DNA of 64,000 nt from a virus. Lineage: Duplodnaviria; Caudoviricetes. Shown piece by piece: positions 1-9,452 of the stretch. The notes beneath the pieces were generated by a model that was not told the origin of the DNA, did not search any database, and was given only the letters and a program-made list of their open reading frames with translations. Position numbers and translations under genes: made by a program. Numbering within the stretch: position 1 is the first letter of the stretch; the number at the start of each line of letters is the position of its first letter. Where the stretch lies: the IMG/VR virus record IMGVR_UViG_3300021378_001388, positions 862 through 64,861 of that record; one strand, given 5' to 3'.

Positions 1-645
1 TTCATTCACAACACGAGTTAGTCTAATCTTATCACGCATTGTTCTATTGCCGTGTGAGTCTGTAACTTTAGGTTGACCGAAAGTAATACATTCGCCTACA
101 TTGAAACTCGCATGGTCGAGATACCAGGAAACTACGACTGCCGCGGCACCACCAAGACTATGTCCTGTGACACATACTTTATAATCTTCTTCTAATCTGG
201 ATAATAAGTCATCAGCAATCATTTCTGCTGTTCTATGAAATCCTGTATGAATGTTAATGCCTAATCTCTTACTCTTATCTTTAAAGAAATTAATATCTTG
301 CATTGCATTGTGCGAGTTTGATGTGCCTCTTACTGAAACATAATGTGATTTTGTAGAATCATCAGTGAGAACAACATACCTTATTTCATTTATTTCATTA
401 ATGTAAACTGTAAAGTCTTTTTCATAAGTTGAGTTAATTACTTCTTTTGTCTTGTAGACATTTGCCGCTAAATCGGCATACCACCGTAAATCTGCCCATT
501 TAACTTTTTTATCTGATTTAGTCTGTTTGAAATTTGCTTCGAGGTTGTATTTCTTAACTAACCATTTTCTTACTACGATTGCCAACTTGGCTAGAATCCA
601 GCCCTTAAGAAGCCACCGAAGTGTGAACGCTATAATAAATGACAT
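1..645 (-). CDS. Lipase class 3 / alpha-beta hydrolase (3' end runs off the window; absent from the ORF track)
   Basis: Manual translation from ATG at 645 (MSFIIAFTLRWLLKGW...) includes VCVTGHSLGGAAA, the GxSxG nucleophile elbow. An AAGGA SD and a TATAAATA box lie upstream. Confidence 0.8.
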   Translation of the reverse strand, partial: MSFIIAFTLRWLLKGWILAKLAIVVRKWLVKKYNLEANFKQTKSDKKVKWADLRWYADLAANVYKTKEVINSTYEKDFTVYINEINEIRYVVLTDDSTKSHYVSVRGTSNSHNAMQDINFFKDKSKRLGINIHTGFHRTAEMIADDLLSRLEEDYKVCVTGHSLGGAAAVVVSWYLDHASFNVGECITFGQPKVTDSHGNRTMRDKIRLTRVVNE

Positions 646-677
646 TTTGTATTTCCTTACGAATTATATTATATTCG

Positions 678-685
678 TATTTATA
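678..685 (-). promoter_or_regulatory. T4-type late promoter TATAAATA
   Basis: Exact TATAAATA on the minus strand between the pepA stop and the lipase start. Confidence 0.6.
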
Positions 686-689
686 CAAA

Positions 690-2102
690 TTAGTACTTCA
701 TAGGTTCATCAATTGGCATTTCACTAGGAAAATCTGAGTTTACTAAGTTATAAAGAGTTGCTACGCCAAAGCCAACTGCACCAACTGGACAAGTATCTTT
801 GTTTTCACGGTTCCATGCCATACCAGCAATATCTAAGTGTGCCCAAGGAGTCTCTTGGTCTACAAATCTGTATAGAAATTCAGCGGCTGTTGTTGAACCA
901 CCAAATGGACCACCGATATTCTGCATATCAGCAATCTTACTATCAGTCATTTTATTCCAATTTTGTCCCATTGGCATACGGAAGAAACCTTCGCCACCTT
1001 CGTCACCAGCATCCATTATCGCATCTCCCCACATAGTAGAGTTCGTAAATAATCCTGCCATCTCGTGACCTAATGTTTGTACAATAGCACCTGTTAGTGT
1101 TGCTAAATCAACGATACAGCGTGGACTGTACTCATTTTGTACATATGTCAATATATCTGCTAAAACCAAGCGGCCTTCTGCGTCTGTGTTAAGGTTTTCG
1201 ACAGTTAATCCACTTAATGATGTAACAACATCACCTGGTTTAATTGCTGTACCATCAGGCATATTCTCAACAAGTCCTACAATACCAATTACATTCTTAT
1301 CCACTTTATGATTTGCTATGGCATGCATTGCACCGACAACTGCGGCACTTCCACCCATATCATATTTCATATCACCCATATTACGTCCTGGTTTAAGGCT
1401 GATACCGCCAGTGTCAAATGTAACACCCTTGCCTACTAACGCAATTGGAGAATCACCAACTTTACCACCCATATGTTCCATTACAACAACATAACTGTCT
1501 CTTGCTGAACCTTGACCAACACTCAATAACAGACTTAAGCCCATTTCTTCTAGTTGTGCTTGATGATAGATTTTTACATTGACGCCTAGTGGCGATAATG
1601 TATCGTTAATTCTTTTGGCATACTCTGCTGGATATAAAACATTTCCTGGTTCTGATACCAAGTCACGTGAGAAATAAACGCTTTCGTGTAACATATCAAT
1701 CGTATCAATATCATCAACATGAATTTCTGCGTATGTTGGATTTTCTTTAGTCTTATATTTTGAAAATGAATATCTTGCCATCATTGCGCCATCATAGACT
1801 TCTTTAGGCATTTCATCATCAAAGTAAACATGGTCTACTTGCTCTTTATATCTGCTATAATATTTACCACCAAGATTTCTCCAATCATTGTCTGATTGTT
1901 TATCAGTCTTAACTACACATATTGCTCGTGTATTGACTTTAGATGGATATGTCATTTCAGTTTCTAAATTATCTTTATTATCGATACTGTTTGACAAACA
2001 CATAGTATCAAGTTGACCATTTAGTTTCTTATCTAATATCTTATAGTCCGAAGAGCCATAAAGAACAATTATTGCTGATTTTGATTCATATGATTTATTC
2101 AT
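690..2102 (-). CDS. pepA: M17 leucyl aminopeptidase
   Basis: VGKGVTFDTGG, MKYDMGG and NTDAEGRL metal-binding motifs; WAHLDIAG. Confidence 0.95.
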   Translation of the reverse strand: MNKSYESKSAIIVLYGSSDYKILDKKLNGQLDTMCLSNSIDNKDNLETEMTYPSKVNTRAICVVKTDKQSDNDWRNLGGKYYSRYKEQVDHVYFDDEMPKEVYDGAMMARYSFSKYKTKENPTYAEIHVDDIDTIDMLHESVYFSRDLVSEPGNVLYPAEYAKRINDTLSPLGVNVKIYHQAQLEEMGLSLLLSVGQGSARDSYVVVMEHMGGKVGDSPIALVGKGVTFDTGGISLKPGRNMGDMKYDMGGSAAVVGAMHAIANHKVDKNVIGIVGLVENMPDGTAIKPGDVVTSLSGLTVENLNTDAEGRLVLADILTYVQNEYSPRCIVDLATLTGAIVQTLGHEMAGLFTNSTMWGDAIMDAGDEGGEGFFRMPMGQNWNKMTDSKIADMQNIGGPFGGSTTAAEFLYRFVDQETPWAHLDIAGMAWNRENKDTCPVGAVGFGVATLYNLVNSDFPSEMPIDEPMKY

Positions 2103-2551
2103 TCTTTTTCCTCATCGTTAAATTTTATAAAAGGATGCACTCTTCGATATTCATCTTTATGTTCTGGATGAAATCCATAATACTCCGATCCTCTATGTCC
2201 TTTGTGTGCTAATCTGACACTTCCAGGAAAACCTTCTACATCTCCCTTATGTCTTGGTATAAAGTGAACGTGAGGCCACATCACAGATTGCCCTGCTGGT
2301 TCTCCCATATTCATACCAAAATGATATCCGTCAATTTGTCCAGTTTTTACCAAATTATCTCCATAAACAACCGCTTCACCGAGTGTTTTTGTTATATATT
2401 CTGGTGTATTTATTTTAGGAACGAATAATAAGTGTCCATCACACGCTGGCCAGGCGTCCGGATATACTCTAAAATGTTCGCCATCAATTATAACTTCTTG
2501 GTTATTTAACTCGAATGGGGTGTCTTTGAACTCTCTAATCATCATTTCCAC
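2099..2551 (-). CDS. HIT family nucleotide hydrolase
   Basis: GHLLFVPK and AGQSVMWPHVHFIPR; the first triad His is replaced by W. Confidence 0.85.
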   Translation of the reverse strand: MEMMIREFKDTPFELNNQEVIIDGEHFRVYPDAWPACDGHLLFVPKINTPEYITKTLGEAVVYGDNLVKTGQIDGYHFGMNMGEPAGQSVMWPHVHFIPRHKGDVEGFPGSVRLAHKGHRGSEYYGFHPEHKDEYRRVHPFIKFNDEEKE

Positions 2552-3255
2552 TGTTCCAATATAGGAAGCACTTTCTTTACTGTTTTAGCCGCTTTAACAC
2601 TTGCATCATCTATAAACTCTTCAAACTGATAGTGTGATTCTGTTCCTGCTAAGTCGCTTAATACTCTTACAATTACAAACGGCACATGCCAAGAACAACA
2701 TACTTGTGCTATTGCACCACCTTCCATTTCGATTGCATCTGCGCCGAACTGACCACGAAACATTTTTCTTGTACCTTCACAAGCCAAGTAAGTGTCTCCA
2801 GTAAGAATGCGGCCGAATGAAACAGTATCATCTACTACATTAGTTATCGCATTTTTCAATCTTTCTGGCATACGATATGCAACATCTTCATCTGTATCAT
2901 CTAATGATGGGAAACTGCCAGGAATAGAACTAATTAACTGGCCATTCACAATTGCTCCATAATCATGTTGAATGAGTTCAGATGCAATAATTATATCACC
3001 AAGAGAATATTCTGGATTTATTCCGCCTGCGACACCACTAAATGCAATACTACTACATCCGAAATGTCCTAATAACAAACCGGTTGTTAATGCGGCGTTT
3101 ACTTTACCTATTCCACATTCTGCCGCAATGACATCTATGCCATTCATCTTGCCAAACTTAAAAATTTTATTTACGATTATTTCTGTTTTTGGTTCAGCAT
3201 CCCACTCTAACCTAGAATATTCTTCTGGTATTGCTGAAATTATTCCTACTGCCAT
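2542..3255 (-). CDS. mtnN: 5'-methylthioadenosine/S-adenosylhomocysteine nucleosidase
   Basis: GIGKVNAA, SGVAGG, TGDTY, IEMEGGAIAQV and RVLSDLA motifs. Confidence 0.9.
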   Translation of the reverse strand: MAVGIISAIPEEYSRLEWDAEPKTEIIVNKIFKFGKMNGIDVIAAECGIGKVNAALTTGLLLGHFGCSSIAFSGVAGGINPEYSLGDIIIASELIQHDYGAIVNGQLISSIPGSFPSLDDTDEDVAYRMPERLKNAITNVVDDTVSFGRILTGDTYLACEGTRKMFRGQFGADAIEMEGGAIAQVCCSWHVPFVIVRVLSDLAGTESHYQFEEFIDDASVKAAKTVKKVLPILEQWK

Positions 3256-3284
3256 TGCATTCCTTCTTTTGACTTAATACACAT

Positions 3285-3313
3285 ATTATCGCACAATCTG
3301 TGCAATTAGTCAA
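3285..3313 (-). promoter_or_regulatory. sigma70-like promoter for mtnN-HIT-pepA
   Basis: TTGACT-17-GATAAT; spacer contains the palindrome GCACAgatTGTGC. Confidence 0.65.
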
Positions 3314-3329
3314 GTGTTCTCGTGTGTAT

Positions 3330-4016
3330 TTAGTCTAAATTATATCTTAATTTTGGGTTGTCAATTAAGTCTTGTGTCTGTTTAGTAACGATGCCTGTCA
3401 CTGCTAACATAGGTCGTTTATGTAGACTACAATTTGCTGTACCGTGAGGCATGTCTTTCCATTCCCACGTAATGATATCTCCAGCAGTCCAACGTTCACA
3501 TATTTGATTACCGAAGATTAAAATCTGTCCTGGTTCCCAATCTTCTAATGCAACTAAGAAGCGTCTTGCTTCACCGCCGTTTGTTTCTTTTTCGTAATGT
3601 TTATCCATATGCATAGATACGACTTCACCAGTTACTTGAATATGTAGTTTGTGTCTACTACTTTCCATTCCTATAGTGTCAATCATCTGTTGCATTACAG
3701 GTCCAATTGTGTATGAACCTTGATACATTGATATCTCTGGGTCACCACCAGCATCAATAATATCTTTTAATTCGTTTTGTGCAAGATTGCCTCTAGGGTC
3801 AGTCTTGCCGTGTTTGTGCCACCTGTTATTCCAGGTGACACTAGCCATAGTTCTATAGGCTTCTTCAAGTTCATCTTTCCAATCGCCTACAAATCTTCCG
3901 CATTTTTGATAAGATTCTGTATCTTTTATTGATTTATCGAAATGATAGTTTGATAGTTCTTTACCTAATTCCCAATTACTTTTCACAATCCTGTGTCCTT
4001 TATAAAATATATCCAA
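3330..4016 (-). CDS. Putative Fe(II)/2OG-type (cupin fold) oxygenase
   Basis: HMD ... distal H (MPHGTAN) and a following R, matching the HxD...H facial-triad pattern. Confidence 0.5.
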   Translation of the reverse strand: MDIFYKGHRIVKSNWELGKELSNYHFDKSIKDTESYQKCGRFVGDWKDELEEAYRTMASVTWNNRWHKHGKTDPRGNLAQNELKDIIDAGGDPEISMYQGSYTIGPVMQQMIDTIGMESSRHKLHIQVTGEVVSMHMDKHYEKETNGGEARRFLVALEDWEPGQILIFGNQICERWTAGDIITWEWKDMPHGTANCSLHKRPMLAVTGIVTKQTQDLIDNPKLRYNLD

Positions 4017-4249
4017 ATCAACATAGGTATTATGATAGCAAACTGAGGAAGAAAATTAAGAATTATTGCTTTCTCATTCCATTTAAGACCGACATATATC
4101 CAGCCACTTGCGGCAATCATTTGTAAAATACTATTCCAAGGCGTTATACCGGCAACATGTAAAACCATTGCTATCAGTATAAGTATCGCACTTGCGTATT
4201 TAATGATTACAACCGATGTATCTTGTTTCTTACTGTACATCTGTTTCAT
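3983..4249 (-). CDS. Small membrane protein, about 3 TM
   Basis: Three hydrophobic segments; overlaps both neighbours. Confidence 0.6.
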   Translation of the reverse strand: MKQMYSKKQDTSVVIIKYASAILILIAMVLHVAGITPWNSILQMIAASGWIYVGLKWNEKAIILNFLPQFAIIIPMLIWIYFIKDTGL

Positions 4250-4898
4250 CGTGTGGTAAACTATTGTCGTTCAATAGACCATCTCTTTTTCGCTTGTCTA
4301 ACCAACTATGTTCAACGTTATGAACATATTTAGCATTCGGGTCTTTGTTAAGAATATAGTGAAGTCTTTCATCACTCGCATCTACAGGAATATTAAGCAA
4401 GGCATCTAGTGACTTCAGGTACTGATGCCTAAACAAGTACAATAGTTCTACACTTAAAAACACATGAGGGTGTGCTGTTAAGTCTTCTACTTTGTTGAGA
4501 AAGTTGTGATAACTTTCTACTCCTCGTTTTCTTAGTTGATTTTGTCCCATGATATTTTGGTCTCTACCAATAATACCAACTTGAACATTTCCTACTTTAC
4601 TAAGTTCGCTTAATACTTCTTTGTAGTTTGGATAAACAGTTTGCTTTTGTCCATTAATGATATCTACATATGGTCCACTTACACTAAGTACCCAGTTCTC
4701 ACTTAGTGACCAATCGTGTCCACTAATAGTTTCTGGATGTGACCAAATATCTTTGAAAGGTGCCGCATCGTGGTTTATCCAATACTCTCTTAACAGGTCA
4801 TCCCAACCTGAGACATCATCGTGCATAGATAATGCTTTTGAGAATAAGTGATTACCAGACCCTTGAGGTCCGGTAAGCACTAAAATGTTTGACTTCAT
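4230..4898 (-). CDS. P-loop protein, sulfotransferase-like
   Basis: N-terminal LVLTGPQGSGNHLFSKAL resembles a 5'-PSB/P-loop; IIGRDQN resembles the 3'-PB strand. Confidence 0.45.
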   Translation of the reverse strand: MKSNILVLTGPQGSGNHLFSKALSMHDDVSGWDDLLREYWINHDAAPFKDIWSHPETISGHDWSLSENWVLSVSGPYVDIINGQKQTVYPNYKEVLSELSKVGNVQVGIIGRDQNIMGQNQLRKRGVESYHNFLNKVEDLTAHPHVFLSVELLYLFRHQYLKSLDALLNIPVDASDERLHYILNKDPNAKYVHNVEHSWLDKRKRDGLLNDNSLPHDETDVQ

Positions 4899-6028
4899 CA
4901 GTCTTGCTTGAAGAAAGATTTAATCTTATTAAGAATACCGCCTTCTTCCTTTTCTTCTACAACATCTACTGCATCAGCATTAAGAATACTTTCTTTGTAT
5001 ACTGCTTTGATGTTTAACGCATCGTTTGAGAATTCAACTAAGCCACGTAACGCATCTTCTGTAACAAATGACATCAATGTATCTCTACGAGCATTACCTT
5101 CTGCACCAATAACCCATTCATACTTACCAACTTTCTTTTGAATGGCTTTGATTGCTTGTGGGTCTTTAGACATTTCTAACAATGCTTTTTGTAGTAACTC
5201 TGCGTTAGGATTACCAGCGTTCACCCAAAATGCTTTTTGTAGAGCATCACGGAATGACTTAACTAGTACATATGCATCATACATTGGACCTGAAGGTGCT
5301 TCGCCCCATTTGGCTTCATATAAGATTTCCATTTGCTTTCCTGGATAGTTAACATCATCTGCGTGTGAACCATCTGCTTGTAGAATACCGTGATGGAACC
5401 AAAGTTCTGCATCTGGATTTTTAGCAATGTGCTTCTTGTATGCCGCAGGGTTTTCTCTGTCAACAGTTAGTTCGCCACGTTTAAATGCTAAACGTCTGTC
5501 ACCACCGTTACCAAATCCTGGTACCCAGTTAACTTTTGATTTGAAACAAGTTGAGTATTCAGCAATTGAGTCTAGTTTACCACATAGTAATAGAGCCATA
5601 CCCATTGCATCTGGAACACGACCTGACTTAGATGCAAATATAATGTTGTCTAAATCAGCATCAAGTCTTTTACCAACAATAATGTTTAAGTTCATCATAC
5701 CAATTGATTCCCAATCAGCATAGTTGTAATCAACTTGTTCTTGTAAGAATGATACACCATTACCACCATGTGAAACCATAATGATAGTGTTATCAAATCT
5801 TAGTTCGTTTTGAAAGGCATTTACCGCTGGAATATCTCTAGCACCTGGAAAATTCCTAAGTTTTAGAGTATGCTCTGGCAAAAACCTTTGCAGTTCTTTA
5901 AGTACAATTTCTGTCCACACAGTAGTACCAGAACCTGGTTTCTGTGGCACAACAAATGTAAATGTTTCAGCAAATGCTGATGTTGTAATGCCTAGTGATA
6001 ATACTAGGGCCATAAAGATTTTCTTCAT
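4898..6028 (-). CDS. Tripartite tricarboxylate transporter substrate-binding protein (TctC/Bug-like)
   Basis: Signal peptide, FVVPQKPGSGT, NFPGA and VPGF-G-G motifs; directly follows tctA. Confidence 0.75.
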   Translation of the reverse strand: MKKIFMALVLSLGITTSAFAETFTFVVPQKPGSGTTVWTEIVLKELQRFLPEHTLKLRNFPGARDIPAVNAFQNELRFDNTIIMVSHGGNGVSFLQEQVDYNYADWESIGMMNLNIIVGKRLDADLDNIIFASKSGRVPDAMGMALLLCGKLDSIAEYSTCFKSKVNWVPGFGNGGDRRLAFKRGELTVDRENPAAYKKHIAKNPDAELWFHHGILQADGSHADDVNYPGKQMEILYEAKWGEAPSGPMYDAYVLVKSFRDALQKAFWVNAGNPNAELLQKALLEMSKDPQAIKAIQKKVGKYEWVIGAEGNARRDTLMSFVTEDALRGLVEFSNDALNIKAVYKESILNADAVDVVEEKEEGGILNKIKSFFKQD

Positions 6029-6083
6029 TTTTCTTTCCTATTCTCCACATTAAAAAAACTACTTAAAAGTGTGTGGTTCACCT

Positions 6084-7529
6084 TTAAGCATATTCTAGTT
6101 TACTTCTCTTAACTATACTGAATACTAACAGCATAATAACTACACTCATTATACCTAAAAACAGTGGTCGTGTTACTAGTGTGTCTACTGAGTAAATGAA
6201 CCACATTTGTAGAGATAATGCCTCTATTTTCATTGCAAGTATAAATGCCATTAATAAGGCAGGTCTACTAAACTTGTACTTCTTCATAAACAATCCTAAA
6301 CAGGTAGTAATACCTAATATAGCATAGTCTTGCCACCCGCCTGTGTATTGAACACAAGCCCAGATGATAAATCCCACTAAGAATGGGAAGTAATAAATGT
6401 AGGGGACATAAGTTATCTTTGCAATTTGCTTATTAAATGCTACACAAAGTATACCAGTAATTACTGTCGCCCACATAAATCCAAATGTTAAACTGTCAAA
6501 GAACTTTATATCTGCGGCGATTTCTTGTGTTCCCAATTCGAAACCTAAGTATGCAAATAGTCCTAATAGTACTGCGGCAAAACTTGCTCCTGGTATGCCA
6601 AACAATACTGTTGGTATCATACTAGTTGCTTTTTGGGCATTGTTGCTTCCTTCTGGACCTACAACGCCTCTCATATTGCCATTGCCAAATTCTTCTTCGG
6701 GATGACTTGCTACTGTTGAACCGTAACTCATCCAATCTCCCATTGCGCCACCTAATCCGGGTAGAAATCCTACAAAGGCGCCAATTGCACCACCACGTAG
6801 TGCGTCCCATTTATATTTCCAAACTGCTTTAATACCTTCCCAAGTCTGATGTGTATGTGTTTCTTCACCTATTGTTGCGATAGAGTTTCCTCTACGCCAA
6901 CCAGCAATGATTTCAGGAAAAGCAAATAGACCAGCAACTAGTGGCATAAGTTGTACACCATCACCTAGATAGTCCCACCCCATAGTAAATCTGTCCATAT
7001 TCGTTTCTGGGTCTGTGCCTATTAATCCTATTCCAATACCTACACAGATTGCTATGATACTTCTAAACCAAAACTTATTACTGACAAATCCAACACACGC
7101 CAAACTTAACAAGATAAATGCCCACAACTCTGGTATGCCAAAATACATAATAAGTTTTGCATACTGAGGCAATAGGGCAAAAGTTAATGTACCCCAAAAT
7201 AATCCGTTTAATGTTGATGTTGTGATTGCGGCTGTTAATGCCTCTGTGGCTCTGCCTTGCTGTGCTAATGGATATCCATCTACCATTGTTGCCGCGGCTG
7301 AGTTTGCGCCTGGGATACCTAATAGTATTCCTGCATAAGTATCACCTGTTGTACTTGCGGCGACTACTGCCATACAGAAGATTACACCCATATATGGGTC
7401 GAAACCAAAATAACTTATGAAACCAAACATTGCTACGAGTCCAGTAGTGGCTCCCGCACTTGGTATAAGTCCTATTATTAATCCGTAGAATGTACCTGCT
7501 AACAAGGTAAGAATTGCTGACATTGCCAA
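6084..7529 (-). CDS. tctA: Tripartite tricarboxylate transporter large permease TctA
   Basis: ILLGIPG..AAATMVDGYPLAQQG, GFLPGLG, PEGSNNA and PTVLFGIPG motifs; about 12 TM. Confidence 0.9.
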   Translation of the reverse strand: MAMSAILTLLAGTFYGLIIGLIPSAGATTGLVAMFGFISYFGFDPYMGVIFCMAVVAASTTGDTYAGILLGIPGANSAAATMVDGYPLAQQGRATEALTAAITTSTLNGLFWGTLTFALLPQYAKLIMYFGIPELWAFILLSLACVGFVSNKFWFRSIIAICVGIGIGLIGTDPETNMDRFTMGWDYLGDGVQLMPLVAGLFAFPEIIAGWRRGNSIATIGEETHTHQTWEGIKAVWKYKWDALRGGAIGAFVGFLPGLGGAMGDWMSYGSTVASHPEEEFGNGNMRGVVGPEGSNNAQKATSMIPTVLFGIPGASFAAVLLGLFAYLGFELGTQEIAADIKFFDSLTFGFMWATVITGILCVAFNKQIAKITYVPYIYYFPFLVGFIIWACVQYTGGWQDYAILGITTCLGLFMKKYKFSRPALLMAFILAMKIEALSLQMWFIYSVDTLVTRPLFLGIMSVVIMLLVFSIVKRSKLEYA

Positions 7530-7643
7530 TTTCCTATTAAATTTATATTAAAATGTTTAAGATTTTGAACATGCCTTAGCAACTCTGCTATACATGATTG
7601 AAGTACAGTTCTGTACTAGTTTTATTTATCTTTTTATACGAAT

Positions 7644-7672
7644 ATAATATCACAATTGACAAGGGGTGTCAA
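7644..7672 (-). promoter_or_regulatory. sigma70-like promoter for the tct operon, with a GATAAATA late box at 7623-7630
   Basis: TTGACA-17-TATTAT; the -35 is part of a TTGACA-N5-TGTCAA palindrome. Confidence 0.6.
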
Positions 7673-7684
7673 CAGTTTTTTGAA

Positions 7685-7873
7685 TTATTTTTGAATTATT
7701 TTTGAATATGCTTCTTCAAAGCCTTCTTCCCATTCTGATAATGGGGCTCCGTCACAGCCTGCTCTCCATACACGATTAAAGTATCCTTCGGCGCAAGATA
7801 ACACTGTCGATTCCGACGTGTTAAAGTGTCCTTTTACCATCCAAAACATTCTGTACGCTTCTTTATGTGACAT
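7685..7873 (-). CDS. Hypothetical protein
   Basis: ORF in the main direction filling an intergenic gap. Confidence 0.6.
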   Translation of the reverse strand: MSHKEAYRMFWMVKGHFNTSESTVLSCAEGYFNRVWRAGCDGAPLSEWEEGFEEAYSKIIQK

Positions 7874-7916
7874 ACGTATATTTACTCAATATACGAATCG
7901 TTAGCGTAAACATAGG

Positions 7917-8594
7917 TTATTTTTTACGTAATACGAAATAAAATCTGTTATTGTCGTCTTGTCGTAATGTTAAGACATCACAGTTAAGATATTGTGCGGC
8001 GTTTGAAATAAAGACTGGGTCCCAGTCATAAAAATTAATCCATTTAGCCGCTGGACGATTGTGTTGAATTCCTGGATTAACTCTGAAATATAAGAAACCA
8101 CCTGACTTGACCATGCCTACTACATTTTCAAGTTCACCAAGTATCTTATCACTACTACCAAAATTGATACTACCTAGACAGATAGCAACATCATATTCGA
8201 CTTCTGGGTTATAATCTAGTGTATGAACACTGATATCTGCTCTATCATTATATGGGTCAATACCAGTTAAGTTTTGTATCTTTCCTTTAAACTCGTTATA
8301 CCCACAACCGATATCAATTACGTTACCTGGATTCATTGCATTCACTTCATCAATGATTGCAAGTCCACTATATTTAAATTTCTTTGTTTCTGCTTGCCAG
8401 ACTTTACCAAAGTAATTTTTCAATACTGCTCTATCGATTTGTTCTGCTAATGCGTGAACTTCTGTATCATCAATTTGATTCAGTTCAATATCAAATACAC
8501 CATTTACAACTTGGCAATATGCATGTTTATCCTGTAATAGACTTGGGTTGTTTTTAAGAATTCTATCTAATTCGTTTAATATTTTTAAGTTCAT
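7917..8594 (-). CDS. Class I SAM-dependent methyltransferase
   Basis: VIDIGCG motif I, TGID, YDVAICLGS and VKSGG. Confidence 0.8.
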   Translation of the reverse strand: MNLKILNELDRILKNNPSLLQDKHAYCQVVNGVFDIELNQIDDTEVHALAEQIDRAVLKNYFGKVWQAETKKFKYSGLAIIDEVNAMNPGNVIDIGCGYNEFKGKIQNLTGIDPYNDRADISVHTLDYNPEVEYDVAICLGSINFGSSDKILGELENVVGMVKSGGFLYFRVNPGIQHNRPAAKWINFYDWDPVFISNAAQYLNCDVLTLRQDDNNRFYFVLRKK

Positions 8595-8722
8595 TTTTGT
8601 TCCTTCTTAAAGCCCCAATCAATCAAATACTTATGACTGCAATTTGGGCACGGTGATGGCATTTGAGTGATAAATCTATATCCACACTGTAGGCATTCCA
8701 TATCGTGTTCTATTTGTTTCAT
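8591..8722 (-). CDS. 43-aa zinc-ribbon protein (absent from the ORF track)
   Basis: MKQIEHDMECLQCGYRFITQMPSPCPNCSHKYLIDWGFKKEQK has two CxxC; ATGA overlap with the methyltransferase start. Confidence 0.7.
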   Translation of the reverse strand: MKQIEHDMECLQCGYRFITQMPSPCPNCSHKYLIDWGFKKEQK

Positions 8723-8730
8723 ATATTAGT

Positions 8731-8759
8731 ATTATAACACAAATAATTATATTATGCAA
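8731..8759 (-). promoter_or_regulatory. sigma70-like promoter (probably leaderless transcript)
   Basis: TTGCAT-17-TATAAT with TGn; 8 nt before the ATG at 8722. Confidence 0.6.
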
Positions 8760-8768
8760 TAGTTATTA

Positions 8769-9446
8769 TCAATATTGTACATCATATGTTATTGCTAAAT
8801 GTTTACTCGGTTTATTTGGTTGATGAACTTTTATGTTTCCTACAGTTAGACCTTTGATGTTTGATATCATTCTATCTAGGTTAAATTTATTACCGTGAGG
8901 ATGAACAAATGTGTCGTAGTCATTGAGATATGATGTGAAACCGTAACCTTTGATGAGGTCGTCTAATTCTTTAAAATCACCAGGCTTGTGATGAAAGTCT
9001 CCTGCTATTATACAGTTTGTGTTCTGAAGTTTATTCAGTAAAAATTCAATATCTTCTAGTGTATGTTTATGTATTATAGTATTGCCATCAGGATAACAAG
9101 GTAATACACTACAATATACAATCTTGTCGATACCTGTGCATAATGCTTTAGAGCCTTGGAAATTATCTCCTGTTGCTCTAACTATATCTTTGCTTGGTAA
9201 ATTAAACGATATACAAGATTCAAATTTTGATTTACCGTGAAATCTTGCTATACCTACATATAAAGATTTTCTTGCATTAGGTATACTTCTTTCTAAGTGA
9301 ATCTCTTTTATATTTGGTCCTGACAATTCGCTCTTAATTGGCAGTCTTTGAAATAATGCGTAATCTACATCTTTGGTTACTTCTCCAAAATAATCACTTC
9401 CGTGATTAAAACAGTCCGTATTATATTGGAGTATACTGTGTCTCAC
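8769..9446 (-). CDS. Endonuclease/exonuclease/phosphatase (EEP) family protein
   Basis: ILQYN, IIAGDFH, LDRM and SKHLAI motifs. Confidence 0.7.
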   Translation of the reverse strand: MRHSILQYNTDCFNHGSDYFGEVTKDVDYALFQRLPIKSELSGPNIKEIHLERSIPNARKSLYVGIARFHGKSKFESCISFNLPSKDIVRATGDNFQGSKALCTGIDKIVYCSVLPCYPDGNTIIHKHTLEDIEFLLNKLQNTNCIIAGDFHHKPGDFKELDDLIKGYGFTSYLNDYDTFVHPHGNKFNLDRMISNIKGLTVGNIKVHQPNKPSKHLAITYDVQY

Positions 9447-9452
9447 AGTAAA

